The notes: generated by a model from the sequence alone, not told the origin. 64,000 nucleotides of DNA from a virus (IMGVR_UViG_3300011434_000008:5770-69769); one strand, 5' to 3'. Counted from the first letter of the stretch, positions 52,051 to 61,911 are shown. Numbers and translations: made by a program.

Positions 52051-53037
52051 TTAGCTAGAGCTGGTCTCGCTCTGCAGCCGACGAAGAACCATCGTGCTGC
52101 CGGGACGCAACGTGTTTGTGTATTTCACGTTGTAGGAGACCCAACCCCCGATCTGACGAGCAGGATCGGCGACGCTGCCCTGTGCGGGAGCTTCCTGGAT
52201 CAGCAAGCGGTAGTTCTTCTCGCCGGATTCAGGATTCTTCCCGAGGAACACGGAGAACAACGCATCATCCGCGAAGATGTATGTGTTGTAGTACGTGTTG
52301 CCACCAATGAGGGAGCTTGGTGCAGTGGTGGTCTGCTTGAACCGCGTACCGGCGAACTGGATGACTTCCTCGTTCGCAAGAGGAGCCATCAGTTTGTCAA
52401 CTGTAGACTCGTTGCGCTTCAGAATGTCAGTCAAGCCGTTTGCGCTGGTGTCATTCAGCACATCATGCACGACGAACGGATGGATGATCCCACCCCAATA
52501 CCCGTCCTTCGTCAGCGGACGAGCGTTGACACCCGCGAGTTGCTGGGTAGCAGTGCGGATGTTGTTGGCAGTCAGGTAGGACCCGTTGGCCAACAGGATG
52601 TTGACGCTGGAATCCACCGCAACAGCGGCGTCAGCGGTCAACTGAACGAGAGAGTTGAGGGTCAGCGCCAACCGGTAGTTCAATTCGGTTGACAGGTTCT
52701 GCAACAGTGACGGATCGTCGATTGCAACGTCCATCGCCAGATCGGAGCTGTTGATGAAATCGGCGTACTGACCGATTGTCGCCACGATCTTGGTCGAAGA
52801 CTCACTGATGGGAGAACCGACCGTACCTTCCGCAGCTTGGTTGGTGTTGGCAGCCAAGAGAGCGTAGGTGAAGAATTGGATCTGGTTACCAGACCGGAGC
52901 GGCAGAGGTTTCTGCTTTGTCATGCTCAGGAATGGGGTCTGCGCCTTCAGGTTGGGAATTGCTCCGCGCTCGTAGTAGATGGCCACGAGGTTGGGCAAGG
53001 CACCTGAAGTCTGGATGCTTGCTGGTGAAAAAGCCAT
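52051..53037 (-). CDS. major capsid protein (N4-gp56-like family, HK97 fold)
   Basis: LP..SG..IQF, EGT, QYADF...SD, IIHP.V.HD, G.RF..TT, DP..Q.G..SY; follows portal and scaffold. Confidence 0.88.
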   Translation of the reverse strand: MAFSPASIQTSGALPNLVAIYYERGAIPNLKAQTPFLSMTKQKPLPLRSGNQIQFFTYALLAANTNQAAEGTVGSPISESSTKIVATIGQYADFINSSDLAMDVAIDDPSLLQNLSTELNYRLALTLNSLVQLTADAAVAVDSSVNILLANGSYLTANNIRTATQQLAGVNARPLTKDGYWGGIIHPFVVHDVLNDTSANGLTDILKRNESTVDKLMAPLANEEVIQFAGTRFKQTTTAPSSLIGGNTYYNTYIFADDALFSVFLGKNPESGEKNYRLLIQEAPAQGSVADPARQIGGWVSYNVKYTNTLRPGSTMVLRRLQSETSSS

Positions 53038-53064
53038 GAGAGTTACCTCGAAAGGTTGTTACTT

Positions 53065-54198
53065 CTAGCGCCGAGTCCCCAACCGGAGCTGACGAACGCC
53101 GTGGAGTAATTTCTCCACATCGCCGTCAGACAGGCTGTCTAACTCTTCGACTGAGGGCGGCGTTGCAGCCTCGGTGTTTCGAGCCACCGTTTCCGATGTA
53201 CGAATACCAAGGTTTGCGTTGCCCGCTCTCGGACGCCTTTCACGAACAATCCGGTCGTTAGAGGTCGTCGGGGTGGCAGCAGCCGGAGTGACCGGCGCTG
53301 CTGGCGCTGCGGGTGCAGCGGGAACTACAACTGTGTCAGCTTCCTCTTCTTCGACTCGGAGATCCAACAATCCGTCGTTCACCAAGTCTTGGTAAGCTTC
53401 GTCCAAAGTCTCAGCCGTCCACTGTCCGGCGTTGTACAGGACCTCGATCATCGCGTTCGGATCGCGCCCTTGCAGTGGCTGATTCAACTTGTACTTGCAC
53501 AACCAAGCAATCAGAGCTTCAAAATTCTTTTCATACGGAACGTACTCCTCGTGAGTCCTCAAAAATTCCTTGGAGATCGCTTCCGCCGACAGCTCGTCTG
53601 AGGCTGCCTTTCCGGTCTTTGCCACCTTCACGAATTCCTCAAGAGACAATCCAGTCTTCTTTTGGAACCATTGCCCGATGGCGGCATCCGGATCATCTTG
53701 CAACTTGGTCTTCAACTCGAAGATCTCATCCGCCGTCAAGTTGCGATACGCGGCGCTGGCTGGAACAGAAGCGGGAGCCACGGGTGTATCCGTAGAATCG
53801 ATGCCGAGCTTCGTTTTCTTGCTCAGCTCTCGAATCTTCTGCGTCGCGTTGATCTTTCCAGCAGACAAGTTGACGAGCAACTCATCCTTGGTAGATCCGT
53901 AGAAAACCTCGACGGGAGCCCCGGTGTTTGAATCCAGGGTAGCTTTCCAGCCTCGGTTCCCGTGCTCGATGGTTACCTGCGAACCATCTTCATAGGCATA
54001 GACCTGGGGCTCGTCGGCAGCCTTCGGGGTTGCCGGAGCCGGGTCAACAACGGGAGCGGGGACCTCCGTCGAGATCCCTTGCTCGTCCGCTATCTTTTGA
54101 ATCTCATCCTCAAAGCTTCCTTCCGGATCGTTCGGCGCGAGAGGCGCAAACAAATCGTCGGCAAACGGATCGGGAACTACAGAGGCTACGTTTGGCAT
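53065..54198 (-). CDS. putative scaffolding protein
   Basis: Acidic and helical with Pro/Ala linkers; ATG at 54198 after AAGGAG; immediately upstream of the capsid gene. Confidence 0.65.
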   Translation of the reverse strand: MPNVASVVPDPFADDLFAPLAPNDPEGSFEDEIQKIADEQGISTEVPAPVVDPAPATPKAADEPQVYAYEDGSQVTIEHGNRGWKATLDSNTGAPVEVFYGSTKDELLVNLSAGKINATQKIRELSKKTKLGIDSTDTPVAPASVPASAAYRNLTADEIFELKTKLQDDPDAAIGQWFQKKTGLSLEEFVKVAKTGKAASDELSAEAISKEFLRTHEEYVPYEKNFEALIAWLCKYKLNQPLQGRDPNAMIEVLYNAGQWTAETLDEAYQDLVNDGLLDLRVEEEEADTVVVPAAPAAPAAPVTPAAATPTTSNDRIVRERRPRAGNANLGIRTSETVARNTEAATPPSVEELDSLSDGDVEKLLHGVRQLRLGTRR

Positions 54199-54262
54199 GT
54201 GAATCTCCTTGGACCTCTGGCAATCCGCCAGAACGGTCAATTGTTTTTGTCAGAAAAAGCGA

Positions 54263-54466
54263 TCAGTTTTTCTGACCGCGCCTCTGACCGACCAGGGCTT
54301 TATGTCCGCTGGCCTCATGCGCTTTGCGAAAAGCGAGAGTGCGGAAGGTTACTCGACAAACACCGCAGGTCGAGCGGAACAGATATAGCTCGTATTTCCG
54401 TTTCCGAATCGGGTTGTAAGTCCGCTTCGGCAGACCTTTGGCTACTTTCTTCTTTGTGATTGGCAT
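54263..54466 (-). CDS. small basic C2H2-type Zn-finger protein
   Basis: CGVC...F......HEASGH; Lys/Arg-rich. Confidence 0.55.
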   Translation of the reverse strand: MPITKKKVAKGLPKRTYNPIRKRKYELYLFRSTCGVCRVTFRTLAFRKAHEASGHKALVGQRRGQKN

Positions 54467-54552
54467 GGCATGTTACCTCCTATGTCATGACAACCTCCTT
54501 TCTAAAGCGTAGGATTTTTTGAAACGAAAACCACACAAGACTTGTTTCGAAA

Positions 54553-54915
54553 CTACAAGCTTTCGGGAGGAACCGGGCTCATCATCCGAGCCGCGTTCTT
54601 CAGAAACACTGGAGTCGGCGTGTTCACAGCTCGATTCACGTCTTCCGGAAACTTAACCGCTAGATCGTTGAGGGCGTAGGCAGCGGCATGGGCTTCCTTC
54701 ACATGTTCGCTACCCGGAGAGAGTTTCAACAGATCGTAGGTAGCTCGATCCGCGTAGCTCTTGAGCGTATCGATCAGAATCGTGTACGCCTCCGTGTGGA
54801 TGACCTGAGCCAACGTTCGACCCTTATCCCACAACTCAACTTCGAACCTCTCTTCGTCAGTGAGCGTCCTACCCAGACTCGCCTCGACCCTGTCAACCAT
54901 CAAGCTCTCAGCCAT
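54553..54915 (-). CDS. hypothetical protein
   Basis: 120 aa, directly after the portal gene. Confidence 0.65.
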   Translation of the reverse strand: MAESLMVDRVEASLGRTLTDEERFEVELWDKGRTLAQVIHTEAYTILIDTLKSYADRATYDLLKLSPGSEHVKEAHAAAYALNDLAVKFPEDVNRAVNTPTPVFLKNAARMMSPVPPESL

Positions 54916-54918
54916 AAA

Positions 54919-57012
54919 TTAAACTCCAAGCCCCGCTGCGGGGGCGGCTTCGAGACCGGCAGCCGGAGCCGCTTCTTCGGCACCGATAGACTCTTGATCG
55001 AGTCCGTGCTTCAAAACGTCCCTGCCAGCTCTCGCGATGTTTTCCTGTTCAGCTAGGTCTGACTTGTTATCGTGCTGCTGGGCTAGGGCTGCTTGAGATG
55101 CTTGCGCCTTCGCCGCTGCTATTGCTGCGGGAGAATTAGCTTGTGCCTGTTGCTTCTCTTCGTCCGTCATATTCACAACGACATCGTCATAAGTCTTCCA
55201 ATCGGACACCGCGAAGAACATCTTGACGACTTCCTCGATCTTAACCTTCTTGCCCTGCGCCGCCAGCTGTTTGGTTGTCTCCGGACTGGTCAAGAACTGA
55301 ACGATCATCGGCAGAGATTGTGCCATCGCCCTGCGAGCTTGCAGTTTCGCGGCAGCCAGGATAGCGAACTTCACTCGGGCGTTCAGGATCTCAAGGACAT
55401 CGCCCTTGGTCGTGATGAACTCGTGCTGCAACTCTTCTCCGAGAATGTACTTGATAGCCGATACGGGTAGCATTGCCCGGTTCAGCTCGTGAGCGTGATA
55501 CAAAAACGGAACGATCACATTGTTGGACAACTTCTCTACGAAGTCCGCCACGCGGGAGCCCGCGCCAGCAGCCAGAAGATTGGCTCCGGACGCCGTGCGC
55601 GCCAAACTGGAATGTCCGCTTTGACCGGCAACCCCTTGCATACCAGGATCGCTAACGCCGGAAACACGCTCAGAGCGGGATTCAGAGAACGCCAGCATCC
55701 GCTCGGCCTCGGGGACTGGGTTGAGTCGCTCCAGGGGTCTGAAGTCGTCCTTGTTGTCTACATCGACGATCTTACCAGGGGAGATCCGGATACTCTGAGT
55801 CGGAACGCTCTTGCCTCGAACACGGATGTAGACCCCATTCAAATTCAACGCCGCATTATCGAGATAGAGGTTCGTGAGCCCTTGCTGCAACCGTTGCTCG
55901 GCCCCGATAACCTTCGCGAGACCCATCGACCAGAAGGCTTCGGGAACATCCCACCAGCCAACCGACAGAAACGGGATCTCGCCGTAGGGGTTCTGGTCAT
56001 TGCAAATCACGACCTTCTTATTCAGAATCGCGATACACTTTCCGTTGTCCCAGCGCTCCAAAACTTCAAGCGGCTGTTCGAAAGGATCTTCGGTGGTGGC
56101 TTCGTAGCGAGCTTCCGCTCGGGCATCCCACAACGGATTTCGATTCGTTATTTCTGACGGCGCGGCCTCGACTGGTTCCTTCGGAGGCAGGAACAATTGG
56201 AGCAGCGCCTCTTTCGATGGGATCGTGAATCCGGGACGCTCTCGGAGCTTGTCGAGATCCGACCAAGTCAAGTACATACGATGAACGACGTACTTGCCCT
56301 TGTTGATGCTTGGGACGTTGAGACCTGGATCGACGAGCACATACCGGAGGTTCGTGATGTTCTCGAAGACAGGGCGGTCAATGACCTCTTCAACGAGCTG
56401 CTCTTCGATGGCGTCATCGTCAGAGACGGCCTCGATAGCGATATTCGGTAGAGTATCCGCGACGTTTGGTATGACCGCTTCTGGAGCCGGTCGCACGTAG
56501 ATCTTCCGTGTTCGGGTGAAGGTCTCCCACCCCCATTTCCAAATGCCGGTGCCGAAGAGAACCGCGTTGAAGCATCCGCGTTTGAGTTCCTCGCGGAATC
56601 CGATGTCTTCCAGCTGGTAGGCCAGCAGCGCACCGATAGCACTCGCGGTGGTCTGCGATGTGCCGGGCCTCTTCTGAATCATGAACGGCGGATCGTCGTA
56701 GAACAAGCCGTTGATGATCTGGGGAACCAGAGAGTTCACCGCTGTAGCAACGGTGAAGAAAGGCACGTTCGCCCTCTCGGACTGCGTGCCTTCCCAGTAT
56801 TGCGCAGTGTACGGCGACTGATACAGCGTAGTTGCCGAGGGCCACTGCATGACCCAGGCTTTCGTCGAGGCGAAGTTCTCCGCTCTTAGAGCGTCTTGAA
56901 CGACAAGCTTCAACGCCGGGTCATTGCCCCAGATATTGTTCGCGATAACTGCTGTTGCTTCCTCGGGAGTTATCGGGGCATGAACGTTTACTGACGGTTG
57001 TTCGAGCAGCAT
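54919..57012 (-). CDS. portal protein (P22/T7-like)
   Basis: 697 aa; A..SLVP......F...P.F, GTGIWK.GW, F.SMG...I...Q...N..LDN, TA.G; lies between TerL and the capsid genes. Confidence 0.88.
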   Translation of the reverse strand: MLLEQPSVNVHAPITPEEATAVIANNIWGNDPALKLVVQDALRAENFASTKAWVMQWPSATTLYQSPYTAQYWEGTQSERANVPFFTVATAVNSLVPQIINGLFYDDPPFMIQKRPGTSQTTASAIGALLAYQLEDIGFREELKRGCFNAVLFGTGIWKWGWETFTRTRKIYVRPAPEAVIPNVADTLPNIAIEAVSDDDAIEEQLVEEVIDRPVFENITNLRYVLVDPGLNVPSINKGKYVVHRMYLTWSDLDKLRERPGFTIPSKEALLQLFLPPKEPVEAAPSEITNRNPLWDARAEARYEATTEDPFEQPLEVLERWDNGKCIAILNKKVVICNDQNPYGEIPFLSVGWWDVPEAFWSMGLAKVIGAEQRLQQGLTNLYLDNAALNLNGVYIRVRGKSVPTQSIRISPGKIVDVDNKDDFRPLERLNPVPEAERMLAFSESRSERVSGVSDPGMQGVAGQSGHSSLARTASGANLLAAGAGSRVADFVEKLSNNVIVPFLYHAHELNRAMLPVSAIKYILGEELQHEFITTKGDVLEILNARVKFAILAAAKLQARRAMAQSLPMIVQFLTSPETTKQLAAQGKKVKIEEVVKMFFAVSDWKTYDDVVVNMTDEEKQQAQANSPAAIAAAKAQASQAALAQQHDNKSDLAEQENIARAGRDVLKHGLDQESIGAEEAAPAAGLEAAPAAGLGV

Positions 57013-57034
57013 GGGTCACTCGGTTCGGAAGAAA

Positions 57035-57415
57035 TTAGCCAATGGAAACTTTGGGATCGATGACTTCTCCGACCTTGGTTTTCTTGTAACCCTTGCAGGT
57101 CTGCGAACCGGACAAAAAATCAACTCCGCATGGATTGTCGAGTGATGTTCCACCCTCGCTGTTAACGCTCGCGTGGAATGCCTTTCCGCCCTTCCCCCAC
57201 TCGGAAGGACCATCAACAGACACAGACTCGTTGGCTCGCGGGGCCTCCTGATGGTCGCTCTGCTTCACGAGCATGTCTTGACCTTCCGCGTCCCCGTGGG
57301 CTCCACCAGATTGACCGTTAGCAGCCTTGACAGACTGAACATGGAACTCGGACGCCTTCGCCTTGTAGGGATCTTTCTGACTTGGGTTCTGATCGACCAG
57401 TTGATTATGTGACAT
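57035..57415 (-). CDS. hypothetical protein
   Basis: 126 aa between TerL and portal; GAGGA RBS. Confidence 0.6.
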   Translation of the reverse strand: MSHNQLVDQNPSQKDPYKAKASEFHVQSVKAANGQSGGAHGDAEGQDMLVKQSDHQEAPRANESVSVDGPSEWGKGGKAFHASVNSEGGTSLDNPCGVDFLSGSQTCKGYKKTKVGEVIDPKVSIG

Positions 57416-57454
57416 TGTTTTTCCTCTGTTACAAAGTTGGGTGCGTATTTATAA

Positions 57455-59431
57455 CTACCCCAGAATTCCGCTCCCAAGAATCGGTTCTAAGCCACCAGGG
57501 GCGGGAGACGACCTCATTCCGGAATCTTCAGGCACTGCGACGATGGGTTGAGATATCGGTGATGTCACCCAGTTGAGTTCGCCAGTCTCTGGGTTGTGCG
57601 TCAAAAGGAATCCACCAAACGGCGATGAAAAATCTTCTTCAAACAAAAGCTTCCATCCGGCTTCGACTTTGCTCCAGGTCTGCGTTTCGTTTTTCGCGAT
57701 TGACTGCGCCATCGCGGGAGCGTGCTTCAGTTGCCGAGATATCACATCAGGGATATCATCGTGGGCACTTGCGCCCATGCACTTCTCGAACTCATCGTAC
57801 AACACACTGAGAAACGGAAGATGGGCCGCAAACTTCATACGACTGTCATCCAACCACGGCTGCAGCGCTGCCATGCGAATCTTCTTTGCGTCTTTGTTGG
57901 TCTCAGCAGCGACCCAGTCGATTCGGCTGAAGAGCCCGATGATGTAAGGATCGCCGGTCTTCAGAGACTCTGACCTGATCGCGGGCTCCAAAAGCTTAGA
58001 CCCCGAGGCGTCTTCAATCGAAACGACGTAGGGTCGGTACTTCAAAGCAAAATCGACAACAGCCTTCGCAAGCTCGGAAGGCGTGAACCGGGCACGAATC
58101 AGATCGTGTACGAAGAATTGACCTTTGTCATTCCAGATCGCCGACGACGCCGTGCAGTAGTCTCGACCTTTCTTCTTGCTAAACGCAAAGTCCCAGGTCT
58201 GACTGACCGGCCCTCGCGACGGAAGCTCCGTGAACGGAACCGTAGCCAAAATCAACTTGTCGCGCTCGAAAATCGAGAAGGTCGAAGAACGTGGATTCTG
58301 GTTGAGCTGACCTTCGAAAGTCTCTTCATTCTCGCCGAACTCTCGCAGCAACCACGGGTACGGCATAATCTTGGGAAGCAGAAGGTCACAACCTTCGATG
58401 CCCGCTTCCTTATAGGTGGCGGGCTTTCCCTCGATCTTCAGCTGCTTCGCTACCTCGGGCTTTATAGTAATGGCGCGCCCGATGAGGATCTTCGTGCAGG
58501 TGCTGTAGTTTTCAGTGTACTCCCAGGCCGGTTGCCGGTTGGTCTTGATGTCGCCGACGTTCTTCTCGATCAAGACTCCGTAGTGATCTTCCTCGGCATA
58601 CCGCGTACCGATCATCTCGAAGTAGTAGTCGCCCGGTCGCAGCAGTTTCTTGGACAGGAAGATCTTCTTCGAGATCGACTGGCATTGCTCCGGGCTCTCA
58701 GAATTCTTATCGCAAACCGCGTCATCAGCTTTGATCAGCTCGAAGTGCAAACCAGACTTCGTTGATCCAATTGAGGACGCCAGGACCGTGGGCTCTTTGC
58801 GATGGACCTTCTTCGCAGCCCACACCGGGCAATTGAATTCGAATTGATTGCCTGCGTCGAGTTCCTTTTCGGTCATGCAGAACTCGGGGAAGAAGAGGTT
58901 CATCAAGCTGACATCGTCTTCCTTCGCAGCGAAATGACCCTTCAACTCCTTTACGAAACCGATGGCGAGATCATCGACACCGGTCAGGAACAGAATCCGG
59001 ATCTCAGGAGAATTGAGAATCCACTGAACCGCGTCACAGACATCAATCGTACTTTTGAATCCGCCACGAGGCCAAAGTAGCAGGCGCTGCTTGAAGCTGT
59101 CTTGCTCTCCGATCTCTTTGTCCGGCGTCTTCTGCACGAAAAAGTCGCAGACGATCTGATACTCTTCTCGGGTGATGCGATTCTCTTTGATGTGCTTGTC
59201 CACGCCAGCCGGGTTGGTGCCCCAGCAAAAGTATTTGACAAGCCAGAAGAGATCCGTTTTTGAACGGCGTCGAACCTCTTTCGAGAGCGGAGCTTTTTCG
59301 AGGCCCGCTGACTGCAGGCTCCGCAAGGTGCCACGAACATCGACACGGGTGATGTACTCGTAGAGAACATCGTCCGGAATCTTCTCCGGGGTCCCGTGCT
59401 TTTCAAGTAAAGTGTCGAAGGTTTCGAGCAT
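57455..59431 (-). CDS. terminase large subunit
   Basis: LWPRGGFKST Walker A, GLHF.LI.ADD Walker B, IGTRY..ED, WDFAFS...DY nuclease motif, HDD.PD. Confidence 0.9.
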   Translation of the reverse strand: MLETFDTLLEKHGTPEKIPDDVLYEYITRVDVRGTLRSLQSAGLEKAPLSKEVRRRSKTDLFWLVKYFCWGTNPAGVDKHIKENRITREEYQIVCDFFVQKTPDKEIGEQDSFKQRLLLWPRGGFKSTIDVCDAVQWILNSPEIRILFLTGVDDLAIGFVKELKGHFAAKEDDVSLMNLFFPEFCMTEKELDAGNQFEFNCPVWAAKKVHRKEPTVLASSIGSTKSGLHFELIKADDAVCDKNSESPEQCQSISKKIFLSKKLLRPGDYYFEMIGTRYAEEDHYGVLIEKNVGDIKTNRQPAWEYTENYSTCTKILIGRAITIKPEVAKQLKIEGKPATYKEAGIEGCDLLLPKIMPYPWLLREFGENEETFEGQLNQNPRSSTFSIFERDKLILATVPFTELPSRGPVSQTWDFAFSKKKGRDYCTASSAIWNDKGQFFVHDLIRARFTPSELAKAVVDFALKYRPYVVSIEDASGSKLLEPAIRSESLKTGDPYIIGLFSRIDWVAAETNKDAKKIRMAALQPWLDDSRMKFAAHLPFLSVLYDEFEKCMGASAHDDIPDVISRQLKHAPAMAQSIAKNETQTWSKVEAGWKLLFEEDFSSPFGGFLLTHNPETGELNWVTSPISQPIVAVPEDSGMRSSPAPGGLEPILGSGILG

Positions 59432-59437
59432 CTGGTT

Positions 59438-60760
59438 TTAGTACCAGATGAACAGTTGGCCGCTGTCAATCTGGGTGACGATGAAGTCGATCCACTTGAT
59501 CCCGCCCTTCTTGAATTTCACGTACTGAGACGCTGCGACAGAATCTGCGGTCGCGTGAAATAGAAGCGTGCCGTCCGAAGCCTCTACCCTCACTTCGTGT
59601 CCCGCAGCAGCCGGGTCATGCCACAAAATCGCCTTGGGGTAGATCGCAAAAGTGTTAGGTGACACACCACTCTCCACGTACCCCTTTTCCATGACCGCAT
59701 CAAACATCACGGGACCGCCGCTCAGCTGAACCGGAGCAGACACGGTGACCGTCAAGTTATCTCCGCCCGACGAACTGATTGTACCGTCCGTAACAGAGAT
59801 GACTGCAGTCTCTACGGAATTAAGAAAGATCTGCGTAGTTGCGACGCCCGCGACAAAAGTAATAACAGTCGGCGAACCAAAAGGCTGGTCTACGTTATCT
59901 TTGTCTTTGGCGGTCGGGGCTCCCAGAGGCCGATTCGTATCGGACACCGAAGCTCCGCTGAAGATCAGGGTCTTGTCTCCAGAATACGCCGGGTTGTCTG
60001 CGGTAATGGTGATGATCTGACTTCGACCCGCGACTTCCGTACCGCTGCCGGTAATCGCGAGCGAGGTAGCTACACCGGTGTCCGCAAACGGGGCTTCGAT
60101 AGTCGTTCCGGTGACATCGGCATCCAAGACGTTTGTAGAACTGTCGGGCTCGGGATCAACACCCTCCATCAAATAATAATAGGTCGCAATGTCTGCGTGC
60201 TGCGTACCCTCCGCAGGAGCCACCTCTTTGATCTCAGCGAGAGTCAGAACCTCGTCATAGAACAGCGCGACCTTTTGAATCTTTCCGGGGAAAGGTTCCG
60301 CAATCGCAGGAGTGCTGGTGTGCCGGGCACCAATAAGCTGAGAACAATTGGCGGGCGAATTCAGGACGCGGCTGCCCGGAACCGTGGTATGCAGAGCAAC
60401 GTTTGCTACCGTGGTTCCGACGTAGAACCGGATTTCATTGGCTACGCTGTCGTTTACAATCGCAAAAAATTTGCCGTTGCCGATCCAACTTCCGGCGACA
60501 GTCGCGTCAGTAGCGCCATGACCGTTTCCGGGGCGGAACCGGATTTTGCAATCCACGACTCCACCTGGAACCAAATACACTTCGAAGCCATTACCGGTGC
60601 CGGAAGCTTCGTGACCGGCAATGCAGATCTGCACCACTCCGGGGTCCGAAGTCAGCATGACCCACGCGCAAAAAGTGAAGTCGTTGCCAGCACCTTTGGA
60701 CGCCGTCAGGCCGGTATCCAGATAGTCACCGATGGTTCCGAATTGTCTCGATACGACCAT
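59438..60760 (-). CDS. LamG/ConA-like virion protein with Ig-like and C-terminal beta domains
   Basis: FTFCAWV, W..F.A.V, RFYV, FPGKI..VA.F...LT.AEI. Confidence 0.7.
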   Translation of the reverse strand: MVVSRQFGTIGDYLDTGLTASKGAGNDFTFCAWVMLTSDPGVVQICIAGHEASGTGNGFEVYLVPGGVVDCKIRFRPGNGHGATDATVAGSWIGNGKFFAIVNDSVANEIRFYVGTTVANVALHTTVPGSRVLNSPANCSQLIGARHTSTPAIAEPFPGKIQKVALFYDEVLTLAEIKEVAPAEGTQHADIATYYYLMEGVDPEPDSSTNVLDADVTGTTIEAPFADTGVATSLAITGSGTEVAGRSQIITITADNPAYSGDKTLIFSGASVSDTNRPLGAPTAKDKDNVDQPFGSPTVITFVAGVATTQIFLNSVETAVISVTDGTISSSGGDNLTVTVSAPVQLSGGPVMFDAVMEKGYVESGVSPNTFAIYPKAILWHDPAAAGHEVRVEASDGTLLFHATADSVAASQYVKFKKGGIKWIDFIVTQIDSGQLFIWY

Positions 60761-60771
60761 TGGCGTGCCTT

Positions 60772-61083
60772 TTAAGTCGTGAAGTAGATGTTAAGAGTTC
60801 CGCTGTCGAGCACAGACACGCGCCATTGAGCGGGCCATCGCACGCCATCCGCTACTTGAAAATATCCGCCTTCACCGGCAACCGCACAGGTGCCTGTAAA
60901 CAGAATCCTGCCGTCCACGTCGTCGATGATCTCGAACGCATCGCCCGGTGCCGTAGGGTTATCCCAATGAATGACCCGAGGGTAAACCAAAAGATTGTTC
61001 GGGACACCGAGAATGGTGTCTTGGTAGCCATCCGGCATCACCGTATCAATGACGAAAGGAAGCGAAGTGAAATCGTTTGCCAT
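60772..61083 (-). CDS. small beta protein paralogous to the C-terminus of 59438-60760
   Basis: YPRVIHW..P..G...DG.ILF.G...LDSGTL.IY aligns with YPKAILW..P..G...DG.LLF.A...IDSGQL.IW. Confidence 0.65.
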   Translation of the reverse strand: MANDFTSLPFVIDTVMPDGYQDTILGVPNNLLVYPRVIHWDNPTAPGDAFEIIDDVDGRILFTGTCAVAGEGGYFQVADGVRWPAQWRVSVLDSGTLNIYFTT

Positions 61084-61088
61084 GTACT

Positions 61089-61544
61089 TTACCTCGGGTT
61101 GCCTCGTTGTCTCCGAACATACTCCAGCACCGCTTCGACAGCGAACCGATCAGCCTGCCCCTCGTTGAGCGGCTTCCCGGCCTGATCTTGCAGCGCATGC
61201 TTGTATTCGTGGGCCAGCAGAAGAAGCGAGATCGGTGCATACTCCGGATAGAACAGGCCGGTCGCCAGATACATCAGCTTGACGCCGTCCGTGTGTTCTC
61301 CGTTGTGATAGATCCCGTAGTAGGGTTCCGCACTATCGTCTTCGTCGTCCGGAACCTTCGTGCTGTCCGACTCGATCTCGGCATCTGGAAAAATCTGGAG
61401 ATGCACGTCCTTCTTCAACGGATACTCTTTGTTCAGGAAAGCAACGAAACTGCGCAGCTCTTTGGAAAAATGTGGAATCCGGCCTTGAAGGATGAGCATG
61501 GGCTTGGCTGAACGTTTCGATCCAAGGATTTCTTTGACGGCCAT
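61089..61544 (-). CDS. HExxH zinc metallopeptidase-like protein
   Basis: LLAHEYKHALQ...E.QAD.FA (ImmA/IrrE-like spacing); ATG at 61544. Confidence 0.65.
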   Translation of the reverse strand: MAVKEILGSKRSAKPMLILQGRIPHFSKELRSFVAFLNKEYPLKKDVHLQIFPDAEIESDSTKVPDDEDDSAEPYYGIYHNGEHTDGVKLMYLATGLFYPEYAPISLLLLAHEYKHALQDQAGKPLNEGQADRFAVEAVLEYVRRQRGNPR

Positions 61545-61545
61545 C

Positions 61546-61911
61546 TTAACCTCTGAAGCCCGGTAGCTCGTGCGGGCATTTGCCGAAGTGGGCGCGAGCG
61601 AAGTTGCAGTTGTAACACAACAACCTGTATTTCGACTTTGGCCAACCCTGGTCTCGAAGCAGCTTGTACATCCGCCATCCACGGGTGCCGGTTTTCTTAC
61701 GGTGCTTGTCGCCGCCGCCCTCGGTGTGATCGAGTGAAAGGAACTGCGGCACTCGAACCTCACAACCTCCGGGGCACTGACATTTGCCACCGTAGGCCCT
61801 TATAAACTCCGACCGTAGATCCTCACGATCTGAGGCTTGTCGGCATCTCGACCCACAAAACTTTGCTTGTAACGGTCGCAGTTGCTTTCCACATTGCGAG
61901 CAGAATCGCAT
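61546..61911 (-). CDS. HNH endonuclease
   Basis: YGGKCQC..C, LSLDH..GGG, LLC.NCN.A. Confidence 0.8.
   Translation of the reverse strand: MRFCSQCGKQLRPLQAKFCGSRCRQASDREDLRSEFIRAYGGKCQCPGGCEVRVPQFLSLDHTEGGGDKHRKKTGTRGWRMYKLLRDQGWPKSKYRLLCYNCNFARAHFGKCPHELPGFRG

Noticed and set aside
6382-59431. Inteins or introns in the primase-helicase, RecA, terminase or giant protein
   Set aside because: Conserved motifs are normally spaced, no intein terminal His-Asn plus nucleophile signatures were seen, and the HNH genes are free-standing.
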